From positions 3,776,001 through 3,840,000 of the forward strand of contig OY782041.1 of NCBI GenBank assembly GCA_963677595.1: a stretch of 64,000 nt of DNA, in the 5' to 3' direction. How positions within the stretch are numbered: position 1 is the first letter of the stretch; each line of letters begins with the position of its first letter. The notes below the pieces were generated by a model. It searched no databases, was not told where the DNA came from, and worked only from the letters and a program-made list of their open reading frames with translations. Of this stretch, positions 49,742-59,529 are shown one piece after another. The stretch comes from Spirochaetia bacterium. GTDB lineage: Bacteria > Spirochaetota > Spirochaetia > CAKZLE01. The position numbers and the translations under genes are program-made.

Positions 49742-50668
49742 ATGAATTTAGAACTATATATCTTAGGTACCAGCGGCATGATGCCGCTCCCCAACCGTTT
49801 CCTCACATCCGTTCTGGTACGGAGGGAAGGGGAGCTCATGCTGTTCGACTGCGGGGAAGGGACACAGGTTGCCTTGAAGAAGCTGAACCTGAAGTGGAAG
49901 AAGATCTCGAGGATCTTCATCAGCCATATGCATGCAGACCATGTGACCGGACTTCCCGGTCTCCTGATGCTCTCCTCCCAGGTAGACCGTGAGGAACCGC
50001 TCCATATCTATGGGCCGGCCCGCCTCGAACAGTTCATCGAGGCGAATCGCAGGATCCTCGATATGTACATAAACTATGAGATCATCTTCCATTCCGTAGA
50101 GGATTGCGGTACCCAGTTCCAGGCTGATGATTTCTATGTCGAGTCCTTCAGGCTCAAGCATACGAAACCCTGTTACGGATACAACCTCGTCGAATATGAC
50201 CGGCCTGGTAAGTTCCATCCGGAGAAAGCGGTAGAACTCGGGGTTCCCATGGGACCGATGTGGGCTTCTCTCCAGGCAGGGTCACCGGTGACGCTCGAAT
50301 CCGGTATCGAGGTGACCCCTGAGCAGGTCCTCGGTGAGAAGCGGCCGGGAAGGAAGTTCTCCTATGTGACCGATACGCAGTACCTCGATACGATCCCCGG
50401 CAATGTGTCAGGGGCCGATTTCCTGGTATGCGAGGGGATGTTCGAGAACGCACTCGAAGAGAGTGCTGCTGAGAAGAAGCACCTCACTGCCGGACAGGCC
50501 GGAAGGATCGCACAGGAAGCGGGGGAAGTGAAGAAGATGGGACTCATCCATTTCTCGCCGCGGTACACCGACAGGGAGCTCTACACGCTCCTGGACGAGG
50601 CTAAAGTAGAGTTCGAGAACACGATCCTGCTGCGGGACCTGCGCAAGTTCGAGATACCCTACGTATAG
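49742..50668 (+). CDS. rnz: Ribonuclease Z
   Basis: LGTSG..P, FDCGEGTQ, SHMHADH, GVPMGP exosite, DT, H.SPRY. Confidence 0.95.
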   Translation: MNLELYILGTSGMMPLPNRFLTSVLVRREGELMLFDCGEGTQVALKKLNLKWKKISRIFISHMHADHVTGLPGLLMLSSQVDREEPLHIYGPARLEQFIEANRRILDMYINYEIIFHSVEDCGTQFQADDFYVESFRLKHTKPCYGYNLVEYDRPGKFHPEKAVELGVPMGPMWASLQAGSPVTLESGIEVTPEQVLGEKRPGRKFSYVTDTQYLDTIPGNVSGADFLVCEGMFENALEESAAEKKHLTAGQAGRIAQEAGEVKKMGLIHFSPRYTDRELYTLLDEAKVEFENTILLRDLRKFEIPYV

Positions 50669-52137
50669 TACTGCTCATACTTGTTGACATCAGGTTCGAA
50701 GCCAAGAACACAGAACTCATTCTCCTCCTGGGCTTTCTTGAAGGCGACCTCGGTCTCGTAGAGGATGGTCTCAGAATCCACATAGCGGTTGAACTTGCTC
50801 GTATACCCTGCCCTGAAGGAGGTCGATCTCTGGATCAGCTCCTTCTTGAGATGGTCATACAAGTTGAGCAGCTCCTTCTGGGTCTCGAAGAACGAGAAGA
50901 AGGGGAGAATGATCGCAAAGGTGTTGCTCTGGACATATTCGAAGATGAAAGCAGACTCATCGAAGAACTCACGGACCGAATCATCGAAGACAGAGAAATC
51001 GTTGGTGAACCTCCGTGGTTCGAGGTTAAGGATGATGAGCGATACCTCATACTTCTTCTTATTGGAATACTCGACCTCCTGCTGGAGCCGTTCATAGAAG
51101 TCACGATCCTCAGTGAACCGGGAATCGGTCGGCGGTGTGTATGGGGCGGAAGGTTCAGGGCGTACAGGCGCTTCCCTGAGCCGGCTCTGGTCTTTCACCT
51201 GCTCCCGGGCTTCCGGCAGCTCCTCTGCCTGGTTCCTGCGTTCCTCTTCGTATCGTTCTTCCGGCACCTCGACCGGCTGTGGTGCCGCTGGCTCCTGGAC
51301 TGGGGGAGCCTGGAAAGCTTCCTGTTCCACCTTCGGGGCCTGAGGGAGTGGAGCACCTGCATGGTCGGGCAGGTGAATATGCTGTACCGGCTGCGGCTGC
51401 TGGCCGTTGGACATCATCGGCATGTAGGCGATCCCGTCCTGGTAGATGATCGGCTGGGTATAGACCGGGATATACTGGATCGAGCTGCCTGGAGGATAGA
51501 CGACCTGCTGCGGGTGGACGGTTGACGGTTCTGTATCGTGTGCCTCCTTCTGCGGGGCGAGGTCTGGTTCATCCCTCAGGTTCAGGTAGTCGATCTCCTC
51601 AGGGGTGAGGTCATCTGAGAAGATCCTTCTCTCATCATTGACTTCCCGAGCCGGCTCGGGTTTTGGTTCCGGTCTTGGTGCAGGCTTCGGCCTGGCCTGT
51701 ACCGGTTCCGGCTGCCGGGCAAACACCTGCGAGGACTTGAAGGTGAAGGTCTTCTCCGGTTCCGGAGCCTGAGGCACCGGCTCCTTCGGCTTGACTGGCT
51801 GTTTCTCTGAGACAGCAGCCTCCTGTCGTGGTTCCTCAGGGAGGTCTAGGGAGTAGAAGTTCGACCTGGCTAGGTTGGTGTGAGGTACGGATATTGGCTT
51901 CTTCGACTCAGCTGACTCCTTACCTTTCGATATGAGCAGCAGCACCGTCGAAAGGAACAGGATCAGGAAAATGGGCCCCACCCGCCAGGAGAGTTCCTTC
52001 AGGTCGGCGAGCGGGATGAGGCTGAATCCGCCGTAATGGCTCATAGAACCGTAGAGGTGGACGCCGGTGTAGGAGATCGTCCCTACCAGTATGAATGCAA
52101 CGAGAAAGGTGAAGAACTCTTTAACTTTGGTAGTCAT
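50659..52137 (-). CDS. Two-TM membrane protein with Pro/Glu-rich linker and degenerate GGDEF-like C-domain
   Basis: TM1/TM2 at N-terminus, about 260 aa P/E/Q-rich region, then FYERLQQEV..VSLIIL..FAIILP..RAG..AFKKAQ. Confidence 0.6.
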   Translation of the reverse strand: MTTKVKEFFTFLVAFILVGTISYTGVHLYGSMSHYGGFSLIPLADLKELSWRVGPIFLILFLSTVLLLISKGKESAESKKPISVPHTNLARSNFYSLDLPEEPRQEAAVSEKQPVKPKEPVPQAPEPEKTFTFKSSQVFARQPEPVQARPKPAPRPEPKPEPAREVNDERRIFSDDLTPEEIDYLNLRDEPDLAPQKEAHDTEPSTVHPQQVVYPPGSSIQYIPVYTQPIIYQDGIAYMPMMSNGQQPQPVQHIHLPDHAGAPLPQAPKVEQEAFQAPPVQEPAAPQPVEVPEERYEEERRNQAEELPEAREQVKDQSRLREAPVRPEPSAPYTPPTDSRFTEDRDFYERLQQEVEYSNKKKYEVSLIILNLEPRRFTNDFSVFDDSVREFFDESAFIFEYVQSNTFAIILPFFSFFETQKELLNLYDHLKKELIQRSTSFRAGYTSKFNRYVDSETILYETEVAFKKAQEENEFCVLGFEPDVNKYEQYYT

Positions 52138-52138
52138 G

Positions 52139-52729
52139 TCAGATGTCCCTTATCGCGAGTATGGCTTGTAGAAGGCGTTTGAAGGAGGGTTGATCTGCCA
52201 GTTCCGCCTTCCCGTTCTCAGAGAGATTATCAAACTGGGAGAGCAGTTTCCTGATCGTCTCCTGGACCGCAGCGAGATTGTTCTTATGGGAACCGGAATA
52301 CTGGCGTACGAGATCCTCTTCGAGTTCATCAAGGAAATCAGCATCCGTGAACATGTCGGACAGGCGATCCGGCTTTTCGTCCCGCTGTCGTTGATGATGA
52401 CCTTCCTCCCGGCTCTTCGAAGGGAAAGAATCGAAGATACTTGAGGTCTTCATAAGCTCATCGAGGTCTTCATCGTCAACTTCCTCTAACGGTTCCGGGG
52501 CCGGTCTGGTGCGGTGCCTGGGAGGCTCAGGTGCCTCAGGCTCACTGAGATTCTTAGATTTCTCTTTGAGAGAGTTTATCAGGTTGTCGAGATTTTCAAA
52601 ATTCTCATCCTCGGTATAATCTGGTGTTTTATGCTTGAACTGTTCGTCCTCGATATTCGAGGAGTCGATGCGTTTGAATGTACCATATAATCCAGGATAG
52701 TTTTGTTTTTTACTTTTATACACCTTCAA
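52139..52729 (-). CDS. Acidic, largely disordered hypothetical protein
   Basis: TTG start with GGAG RBS; stop 1 nt from next start; D/E/P-rich with C-terminal amphipathic helices. Confidence 0.6.
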   Translation of the reverse strand: MKVYKSKKQNYPGLYGTFKRIDSSNIEDEQFKHKTPDYTEDENFENLDNLINSLKEKSKNLSEPEAPEPPRHRTRPAPEPLEEVDDEDLDELMKTSSIFDSFPSKSREEGHHQRQRDEKPDRLSDMFTDADFLDELEEDLVRQYSGSHKNNLAAVQETIRKLLSQFDNLSENGKAELADQPSFKRLLQAILAIRDI

Positions 52730-52791
52730 ACTCCACTAAACTACGGATATAGTATATCATAGTTATTATAAAAAAAAAGACAATAACCTGT

Positions 52792-53232
52792 ATGAATAAA
52801 GCGCTTATTTTGACCAGTATAGCCATCTCACTGCTTATTTATTCACTTGGGCTCATGATATACGGCCCGTTTGGCCTGATTGGCACCAGGCTGCTCGAAG
52901 AGGAGCAGGCTTACCTGGAATCCCGTCTCGAAGGGGTCGAGGAAGAGCATCGGGAGCTTGAGACCGAACGTCAGCGACTCAGCGATGATGAGTACGTGCA
53001 AGCCCTGGCCCAGGAGTATGGGAACACTGCAGGGGAGAGGGTCATCTTCTTCCCCGGGGCCGGCGATGACCAGGATCAGACAGTCCCGGATGCTGGGGAA
53101 CGAACCTTCTCGCGGGAAGCCCCTCCCTCCAACACCCTGCTGATAGCTGTATCAGCAGCCGCCGGGCTGATCGTCTTCACGGTGGGTTCACTCATCCTTC
53201 ACCGGAGACAGAAGCGGGCTTCCCATTCCTGA
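52792..53232 (+). CDS. FtsB/DivIC septum formation initiator family protein
   Basis: TM-YGPFG-coiled coil-D..YVQALAQEYG..GERVI; extra C-terminal TM. Confidence 0.72.
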   Translation: MNKALILTSIAISLLIYSLGLMIYGPFGLIGTRLLEEEQAYLESRLEGVEEEHRELETERQRLSDDEYVQALAQEYGNTAGERVIFFPGAGDDQDQTVPDAGERTFSREAPPSNTLLIAVSAAAGLIVFTVGSLILHRRQKRASHS

Positions 53233-53271
53233 GAAGCCCTGCCTTCAATGCCTTATACGAGAAGTATCACC

Positions 53272-54609
53272 CTAGCGCGTGATCTTCCTTCCCTCGATAT
53301 AGAAACGCTTCTCATAGTCCTCTCCCATGGAGAAGGTCTTTCTCGGCAGCGCACCGTCATGGATGATCGAGGAGAAGAAGCTGTGCTTGGAGATACCCGG
53401 CAGGAAGATACCCACATTGCCGGGCTTCATTCCCAGGCTGGAAGTGACCTGCAGCCCGTGCGTATAGTCTATTGCCGCCCCTGAAGATGCCACGTAGGCA
53501 TCGAGGGTCTTCTGCAGGGTCCCGGCGACGATCTGCGACTCAGCACCGGCAACCTTCACGATGCTGCAGATCCCGGACTCATCGACGATCCCGAAATACT
53601 GGTATTCGTCCTCGGTATGGATCAGGGAGTACATCTCATCCAGGGTCTGACAGGTCTGCGTCTCATAGCTCTCGCAGTTCCGCTTGAGCTCCTCCAGGAT
53701 AGCGGTACGATTCGCGCCGAAGAGTACGCGATGGATGGGCTCGAACTCGAGGCCCTCATCGAAGATGTTCTCCAGCTCCACCAGTGCGAACCTGGCTGGA
53801 TGGTCCTCCATCTCTTCAGCTGTCAGTCCACCCTTGATGTCCTCCCAGCATGATTTAGCCGTTGCCAGAGAATGGTTCCCGTCACCCATGGCGAAGAGCA
53901 GCAGGTCATCCTTGCCATGTTTCTGGCTGAAAACCTCCCGGTCAGCGAGGGTGCTGAACGCATCAGCGACCATGCTGAGGTCCCCAGGCTGGTTGACCGC
54001 ATAGGCGGTGATCCTCCCGCTGTCCTTCATGAGCTTGAAATCATAGACCTTCTCGAGATCATCCTTCTTCGCAGCAAGCGGTTCGATGATCGAACGTTTC
54101 TCATCATCGATGAGCACGATGATATGGGGGAATTCCAGGGGGGCATCCTTCCTGATACGCTTTCTCGGAGGGATTCGCTCGATGATGGTCCCCTCCGTTG
54201 CACGGATGAGACTGGTCGAGTCCGCTGAGTAGTCATACAGTTCCAAATCGAGGGCAGCCACGAGACCCCACCTGCCGAAATCCTCTTTCGTCTCGCGGTA
54301 GACAAGAAAGAAAGACTCCGGATAGGAGCGGAAGATATCGCTGGAGAGGTACTCACGCATCTTGGCATTGATGGCGGCGATCCGGGTCTCCGGGTCAGCC
54401 TCTTCCAGGTAGCATTCAGGATAGATGAGGTTCAGCGTTGACGGTGCATCCCCTGCGATCTCGGCGACTGATTGCCAATATGCAGGTTCTGACGTATACT
54501 GGTCGCAGGCCACTACAGCCCACGTTTGGAGATCGATTTCTTCATTCGGGATGAGTATGGTTGGTATATGGACCCCTAATGATTTGAGCTTTTTCGTATA
54601 ATCATTCAT
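53272..54609 (-). CDS. DUF1015 family protein
   Basis: WAVVACDQYTS, IRATEGT..RIPPR, AMGDGNHSLATAK, FEPIHRV, LPRKTFSMG. Confidence 0.9.
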   Translation of the reverse strand: MNDYTKKLKSLGVHIPTILIPNEEIDLQTWAVVACDQYTSEPAYWQSVAEIAGDAPSTLNLIYPECYLEEADPETRIAAINAKMREYLSSDIFRSYPESFFLVYRETKEDFGRWGLVAALDLELYDYSADSTSLIRATEGTIIERIPPRKRIRKDAPLEFPHIIVLIDDEKRSIIEPLAAKKDDLEKVYDFKLMKDSGRITAYAVNQPGDLSMVADAFSTLADREVFSQKHGKDDLLLFAMGDGNHSLATAKSCWEDIKGGLTAEEMEDHPARFALVELENIFDEGLEFEPIHRVLFGANRTAILEELKRNCESYETQTCQTLDEMYSLIHTEDEYQYFGIVDESGICSIVKVAGAESQIVAGTLQKTLDAYVASSGAAIDYTHGLQVTSSLGMKPGNVGIFLPGISKHSFFSSIIHDGALPRKTFSMGEDYEKRFYIEGRKITR

Positions 54610-54713
54610 AATTGACTCCTTTATTTACATATATCACAAATTGTAGAATTAAAAATGATGTATACGGTATTATAAGATAATTTTAAAATTAAGCAAGTAG
54701 AGATTGGGAATTT

Positions 54714-55328
54714 ATGAAGAAAGCACTGATTTTTATCGGGGGCAGCGCCCCTCTCCTCGACGCCTACCGAAGCGAGCTCGAAGAATGCGATATCTGCATC
54801 GCGGCTGATTCCGGCTATGACATCGCCCTGCGCGACCACATAGCGATCGATCTCCTCCTCGGCGATATGGACTCCATTTCCGGGATTCCCGCTCCGGGAA
54901 CCTCGAGTAGGGAGTTCCCCAAGGACAAGGACCTCACTGACACGGAACTCGCCGTGGAGCATGTGCATGACCTTGAAGAAGAACATGAGATCGTCCTCAT
55001 CGGCGGCGGTGAGGGACGTTTCGACCACACCATGGCCCTCATATCGCTGTTCCTCCGCCCGTCCCCGCCAGTCCGCTGGTACACGGCTCTCGAGTGCCTC
55101 CACCTCATCACCTCTCCATGCGCATTCAGTAATGTCTCCGGAAAGACGATAGCACTGCTCGGGATCACCGAGGAGCCGGTACGCGTGTCGACGAAGGGAC
55201 TGTTCTGGGAACTGCAGGATTTCCCGCTCTCACTCAAGGATCAGAGCGTGAGCAACCGTGCCATCAGTGACACCTTCTCCGTGCGGCCGGAGGGAGGGAA
55301 GGGCATCCTCGTCAGTATCTCCTCCTGA
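54714..55328 (+). CDS. thiN: Thiamine pyrophosphokinase
   Basis: IAADSG, GDMDS, KDLTDTELA, GGEGRFDH, GLFWEL, VSN. Confidence 0.93.
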   Translation: MKKALIFIGGSAPLLDAYRSELEECDICIAADSGYDIALRDHIAIDLLLGDMDSISGIPAPGTSSREFPKDKDLTDTELAVEHVHDLEEEHEIVLIGGGEGRFDHTMALISLFLRPSPPVRWYTALECLHLITSPCAFSNVSGKTIALLGITEEPVRVSTKGLFWELQDFPLSLKDQSVSNRAISDTFSVRPEGGKGILVSISS

Positions 55329-55329
55329 A

Positions 55330-56133
55330 CTACGGCATATCCTGTTCGATCCGCAGGTACTCGAGCAGGACAGGGTACTGCGTCAGCAGCAGCCCGAAGT
55401 TCTGCAGTTTATCGAGGTAGAGCATGTTCTCCGTGACCGTGCCCGGTGCCTCTGCGATAGCCTGTGCAAGGGTCTCGTTCTTCAGGTTCACCATCTCCTC
55501 ATAGCTCTCGCGAGCCTGGGTATACAACTCGAAATCCGGCAGCCCGGTAAAGGTCACGGTGACCTCACTGATATCGAGTTCGGTGAAATAGGACCGCAGG
55601 CTCCCCATGAGGTGTCCCTCGATCCCGTCAGCCATACGTTCACGGTCTTCGGCAGACTCCAGGTCCCTGAAGTACTCCTGGAGGTACTCCCCGGCGACCG
55701 AACGGACCATCTGGTCCTTTGCGAGGAACCAGTTGATGCTGTTGTGCTCATCCAGTCCGTACCGACGCACCAGGTCGACTACTGCATCCTTGGCGATCGA
55801 GTAGGATACCGCGATATCGGCAGCATAGGAGAACTGAGGGTCCCCTAGACTCATCATCCGATAGATGTCAGCGGAGGGAAGCTCATCGGAGATATGCATA
55901 TCAACCCGGCGGCTGCTCGAGGGGACCTGGGTGATCTGTAGGTTCTTCGGGATCAGTGCCCAGCCGGACCAGGAGAAAGAGCCGGACTCGATCGGCTCTT
56001 CGGCATATCCGGCAGTCCTGGTATAGACGACCCCGTACATGTCCCGATCCAGATCATACTGTGTCCACCCGAAAAAGAAGACGACTCCTGATACGATGAG
56101 GATCAGGAACAGCCAGAATAGAAATCTCTTCAT
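55330..56133 (-). CDS. Membrane-anchored hypothetical protein, SPFH/band-7-like
   Basis: N-terminal TM then YGVVYTRTAG..GSFSW..LIP, reminiscent of SPFH N-terminus; helical C-terminus. Confidence 0.5.
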   Translation of the reverse strand: MKRFLFWLFLILIVSGVVFFFGWTQYDLDRDMYGVVYTRTAGYAEEPIESGSFSWSGWALIPKNLQITQVPSSSRRVDMHISDELPSADIYRMMSLGDPQFSYAADIAVSYSIAKDAVVDLVRRYGLDEHNSINWFLAKDQMVRSVAGEYLQEYFRDLESAEDRERMADGIEGHLMGSLRSYFTELDISEVTVTFTGLPDFELYTQARESYEEMVNLKNETLAQAIAEAPGTVTENMLYLDKLQNFGLLLTQYPVLLEYLRIEQDMP

Positions 56134-56221
56134 AGTACTTCCCGTTAATTCTTGTTTCTACATTGTATCTTAGAAGTTTATCTACTTCAAATCAATAGAA
56201 AAAGTTGATAGAATAGGTCTC

Positions 56222-56542
56222 ATGAAAGCTTCCGGAGTCCTCAGGCTGCTCAAGGATATCGAATTATACCTCTTGTTCATCGTCTTCTTCTTCGCAGGCA
56301 TGTGGATGCTCATCCGCGGCAATGATCGCCTGTACGACTACTTCACGATGATCCACTACCTGATCTACCTCGTCTCGATCATGTATCTCGTGCTGACGGT
56401 ATCCTCGGTGTTCCTGACCTTCATGGAGATCTTCAGCCGGAAGCGGTTCGATGTGCTGCATATACTCTTCTGCCTGGCCACTACCGCCGTGATACTTGCA
56501 ATCGGCCTCTATTTCAGTACAATACGAACTCTCTATCAATAA
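56222..56542 (+). CDS. Small three-TM membrane protein
   Basis: Three hydrophobic segments; host-like codon usage. Confidence 0.65.
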   Translation: MKASGVLRLLKDIELYLLFIVFFFAGMWMLIRGNDRLYDYFTMIHYLIYLVSIMYLVLTVSSVFLTFMEIFSRKRFDVLHILFCLATTAVILAIGLYFSTIRTLYQ

Positions 56543-56569
56543 CGAAACCAGAGAAACGGAGCAAATACT

Positions 56570-56923
56570 ATGGTAAAAGCTATCAGGGGGGCTATCCAGG
56601 TCCCCGAGGACACGCCGGAGGCGATCAGGAAGGGGACGATGTACCTCTTTGGTGAGGTCATGGGCCGCAACGACCTCAAGACCGGGGAGGTCGTAAGCCT
56701 CATCATCAGCCAGACAGACGACCTCGCATCCTACAACCCGGCTACAGCCCTTCGTGAAGGCGGGGTCGAGGGGATCGTGCTCTTCTGCCTGCAGGAGCTC
56801 AAGATCACCGGGCAGCTGCCGAGGACCATCCGGTTCCTGCTCCATATAAACTGTGATGCCGAGAGGGCTGTCAGCCATGTCTACCTCGGGGGTGCGAAGG
56901 CCCTGAGACCGGACCTCGCATGA
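56570..56923 (+). CDS. aroH: AroH-type chorismate mutase
   Basis: AIRGA, PA..R, QE, HVYLGGAKALRPDL. Confidence 0.93.
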   Translation: MVKAIRGAIQVPEDTPEAIRKGTMYLFGEVMGRNDLKTGEVVSLIISQTDDLASYNPATALREGGVEGIVLFCLQELKITGQLPRTIRFLLHINCDAERAVSHVYLGGAKALRPDLA

Positions 56924-56994
56924 GAAGGAAGCAGCCTTGTTTGTAGGGCCGTGAACCCTAAGAACGGGGAATTTAGTATTTTGGTGCAACATAC

Positions 56995-57023
56995 TTGACA
57001 ATTTCAGGACGAATATGTACATT
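56995..57023 (+). promoter_or_regulatory. sigma70 promoter for tRNA-Thr
   Basis: TTGACA-17bp-TACATT. Confidence 0.65.
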
Positions 57024-57043
57024 ACCTAAGCATCAAAAACGAT

Positions 57044-57117
57044 GCCACCTTAGCTCAGCTGGCCAGAGCACGTGATTTGTAATCTCGGGGTCGTCAGTTC
57101 GAATCTGACAGGTGGCT
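57044..57117 (+). tRNA. tRNA-Thr(TGT)
   Basis: GCCACCT/AGGTGGC acceptor stem, TAGCTCAG..GG, anticodon loop TTTGTAA, GTTCGAATC; CCA not encoded. Confidence 0.96.
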
Positions 57118-57119
57118 GA

Positions 57120-57148
57120 TTGACATTTTTAATGTTTTTTGTTACGTT
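57120..57148 (+). promoter_or_regulatory. Second sigma70 promoter, for tRNA-Tyr
   Basis: TTGACA-17bp-TACGTT with TG extended -10. Confidence 0.5.
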
Positions 57149-57164
57149 GCTTAAACGTAAACCT

Positions 57165-57246
57165 GGGGAGGTTCCCGAGCGGTCAAAGGGGGCAGACTGT
57201 AAATCTGTTGGCTATGCCTTCGAAGGTTCGAATCCTTCTCTCCCCA
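57165..57246 (+). tRNA. tRNA-Tyr(GTA)
   Basis: GGGGAGG/TCTCCCC stem, GCAGA-CTGTAAA-TCTGT, long variable arm, GGTTCGAATCC. Confidence 0.97.
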
Positions 57247-57249
57247 TAT

Positions 57250-57281
57250 AAGTCTTTCATGCACGTGAAAGGCTTTTTTTT
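57250..57281 (+). terminator. Intrinsic terminator after tRNAs
   Basis: AAGTCTTTCAT-GCAC-GTGAAAGGCTT hairpin with T8 tract. Confidence 0.75.
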
Positions 57282-57306
57282 GCTCCGGCGACAAGAGAGG
57301 TGGCTT

Positions 57307-57747
57307 TTGAAGAGATTCTACGAAGACGGGCTGCGTTTCACCTGCAGACAATGCTCACATTGCTGCAAGGATGAACCCGGGTATGTGTTCCTCTCTGAAC
57401 AGGAGATGACCTCGATCGCAGGCCATCTCTCGATCAGCGAGGATGAGTTCATCCAGGAGTACTGCAAGACCGTCAATATGGGAACCTTCTCGATGATTAG
57501 CATCAGGGAGCGGAAGAACAACGACTGCATCTTCTTGAGTGAGGCAGGCTGTACGATCTACCCGGTCAGACCCGTACAGTGCAGGAGCTATCCCTTCTGG
57601 GCCTCTCTCGTTGATTCTGAAGAGGACTGGGAGCGAGAAGCTGGAGAATGTCCCGGCATGAACGAGGGAGAACTCCACTCCAGGGAAGAGATCGAAGGAT
57701 GGCTGCAGAAAAGACGGGAAAATCAGCCGAAGATGTTCTATAATTAA
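57307..57747 (+). CDS. YkgJ-family cysteine-cluster protein
   Basis: GLRFTCRQCSHCC, CIFL..GCTIYPVRPVQCRSYPFW, CPG; TTG start with GAGG RBS. Confidence 0.88.
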   Translation: MKRFYEDGLRFTCRQCSHCCKDEPGYVFLSEQEMTSIAGHLSISEDEFIQEYCKTVNMGTFSMISIRERKNNDCIFLSEAGCTIYPVRPVQCRSYPFWASLVDSEEDWEREAGECPGMNEGELHSREEIEGWLQKRRENQPKMFYN

Positions 57748-57753
57748 GGGTGT

Positions 57754-59529
57754 ATGGGCAGGATTCCTGATTATATCTTAGAACAGATCAAGGATAGGGT
57801 ACCGCTATCCGATGTCATCTCGGACTATGTCACCCTCAGGTCGAAGGGGGGACAGCTCTGGGGACTTTGTCCATTCCATGACGAGAAGTCCCCTTCGTTC
57901 ACCGTGCATGATGACAAGGGCTATTACCACTGTTTCGGCTGCGGCAAGGGCGGTTCTCATTTCAACTTCCTCATGGATATCGAACACATCACCTTCATCG
58001 AGGCTGTTCAGAAACTCGCCGACCGTGCAGGCGTGGAACTGCAGGACGAGACTCCTGAGATGCGCGAGAAGCGGTCTGACAAACAGGCGATGTACGAGCT
58101 CTATAACCGGCTCGCTTCGAGCTTCCACTATATCCTGAACCACAAGGATGAGGCTGCGCACACACGCGAGTACCTCAGTTCCCGGAAGATCTCGAAAGAG
58201 ACGATCAAGGACTACCAGCTCGGTTATGCCCCAGCCGACCCCGATTGGCTCTACCGGTTCCTCAAGGGCAAGAAGTACGAGGAGGAGTTCCTGGCAAAAT
58301 GCGGTATCTTCTCCCGCAACAACCCCAGGTACCCCATCTTCAGGGACCGCCTCATGTTCCCGATCAGGGACCAGTCGGGGAACGTCATAGCCTTCGGCGG
58401 GAGGGCACTCGATGCCGGGAACTCCGCGAAATACCTCAATTCCCCGGAGACCCTGATCTACCATAAGCGGGAAGCCCTCTTCAGCCTCCACCAGAGCCTT
58501 CCCGGGATCAAGAAGGAGGACTCGTTCATCATCTGTGAGGGGTATTTCGATGTCATGGCCCTCTATGAGGCAGGGATCACCAACTGTGTGGCACCGCTCG
58601 GGACCGCTTTCACCGAGGAGCAGGCGAAGCGGCTCAACCGCTATGCTTCGAGGGGGATCCTGCTCTTCGATTCAGACCATGCCGGGGTACAGGCCACCCT
58701 CAAGGCCATAACGATCCTGGAATCTCTCGGTATCGAGTCAGAAGTGATCACCATCGAGGACAAGGATCCGGCTGAGATATTGCAAAATAGTGATATCGGA
58801 TTGTTGAAAAATATTCGCAAAAAGAGTATAAATAGTTTTACGTATATGATTAATAAGGCGAAAGATACCTACGATATCAGGACGCCGAACGGTAAACTAT
58901 CTGTTTTTAATGAGGTAAGGCCATATTTAGAAGCTGTTACATCGGAAATAAAACTTTCCAGCTCAATCAAGACGCTCGCTGAGATCATTGATGTCGATGA
59001 ACGGACCATCCTGCAGGACCTGTCCAAGCAGTCCGGTCCACGAATCGATCAGCAGGATTCTCGTGGGCGTTCAGCTGTGCAGGAAGACCATGGAGCAGTC
59101 TCCAACGAGCTCTACCTGATGATGGTAATCATCCATAATCGGGAATACTTCCATGAGGTGCGCAGGCAGCTGAAGATCTCCGATTTCGAGGATTGGCGGG
59201 CAGCTGATATCTATACAGCCCTGGAGGAGGCTTTCAGAGAGGGTGAGACGAGCTTCGAGAACCTGGTCCTTCGCATCGAGCATGATGCGGTACGGGACTA
59301 TGTCCTCGAGCATTACGGGTCTGACCAGTATGTGACCAATGCGCAGAATATCATCGGCGATATGCTGAAACGGTTCAGGATCGTCAAGCTGGAGCAGAAG
59401 AGGAAGTCCGTCATATCCCGTATTCGGGTAGAGGAACGGTCTGAACATGCAGATATCCAGGTATTGCAGGATCTTCTCTATGAGAAGAAGTTCATAGATG
59501 AAGAAATAGGACGAATAAGGAATAGTTAA
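57754..59529 (+). CDS. dnaG: DNA primase
   Basis: [51 protein letters not shown]. Confidence 0.98.
   Translation: MGRIPDYILEQIKDRVPLSDVISDYVTLRSKGGQLWGLCPFHDEKSPSFTVHDDKGYYHCFGCGKGGSHFNFLMDIEHITFIEAVQKLADRAGVELQDETPEMREKRSDKQAMYELYNRLASSFHYILNHKDEAAHTREYLSSRKISKETIKDYQLGYAPADPDWLYRFLKGKKYEEEFLAKCGIFSRNNPRYPIFRDRLMFPIRDQSGNVIAFGGRALDAGNSAKYLNSPETLIYHKREALFSLHQSLPGIKKEDSFIICEGYFDVMALYEAGITNCVAPLGTAFTEEQAKRLNRYASRGILLFDSDHAGVQATLKAITILESLGIESEVITIEDKDPAEILQNSDIGLLKNIRKKSINSFTYMINKAKDTYDIRTPNGKLSVFNEVRPYLEAVTSEIKLSSSIKTLAEIIDVDERTILQDLSKQSGPRIDQQDSRGRSAVQEDHGAVSNELYLMMVIIHNREYFHEVRRQLKISDFEDWRAADIYTALEEAFREGETSFENLVLRIEHDAVRDYVLEHYGSDQYVTNAQNIIGDMLKRFRIVKLEQKRKSVISRIRVEERSEHADIQVLQDLLYEKKFIDEEIGRIRNS

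Noticed and set aside
57071-57087. U-U mismatch in tRNA-Thr anticodon stem suggesting a pseudo-tRNA
   Set aside because: All other arms are intact, a promoter is present, and I recall this stem variant in other bacterial tRNA-Thr(UGU).
57139-57306. N-terminal extension of the YkgJ ORF
   Set aside because: Overlaps tRNA-Tyr and its terminator; the real start is probably TTG 57307.
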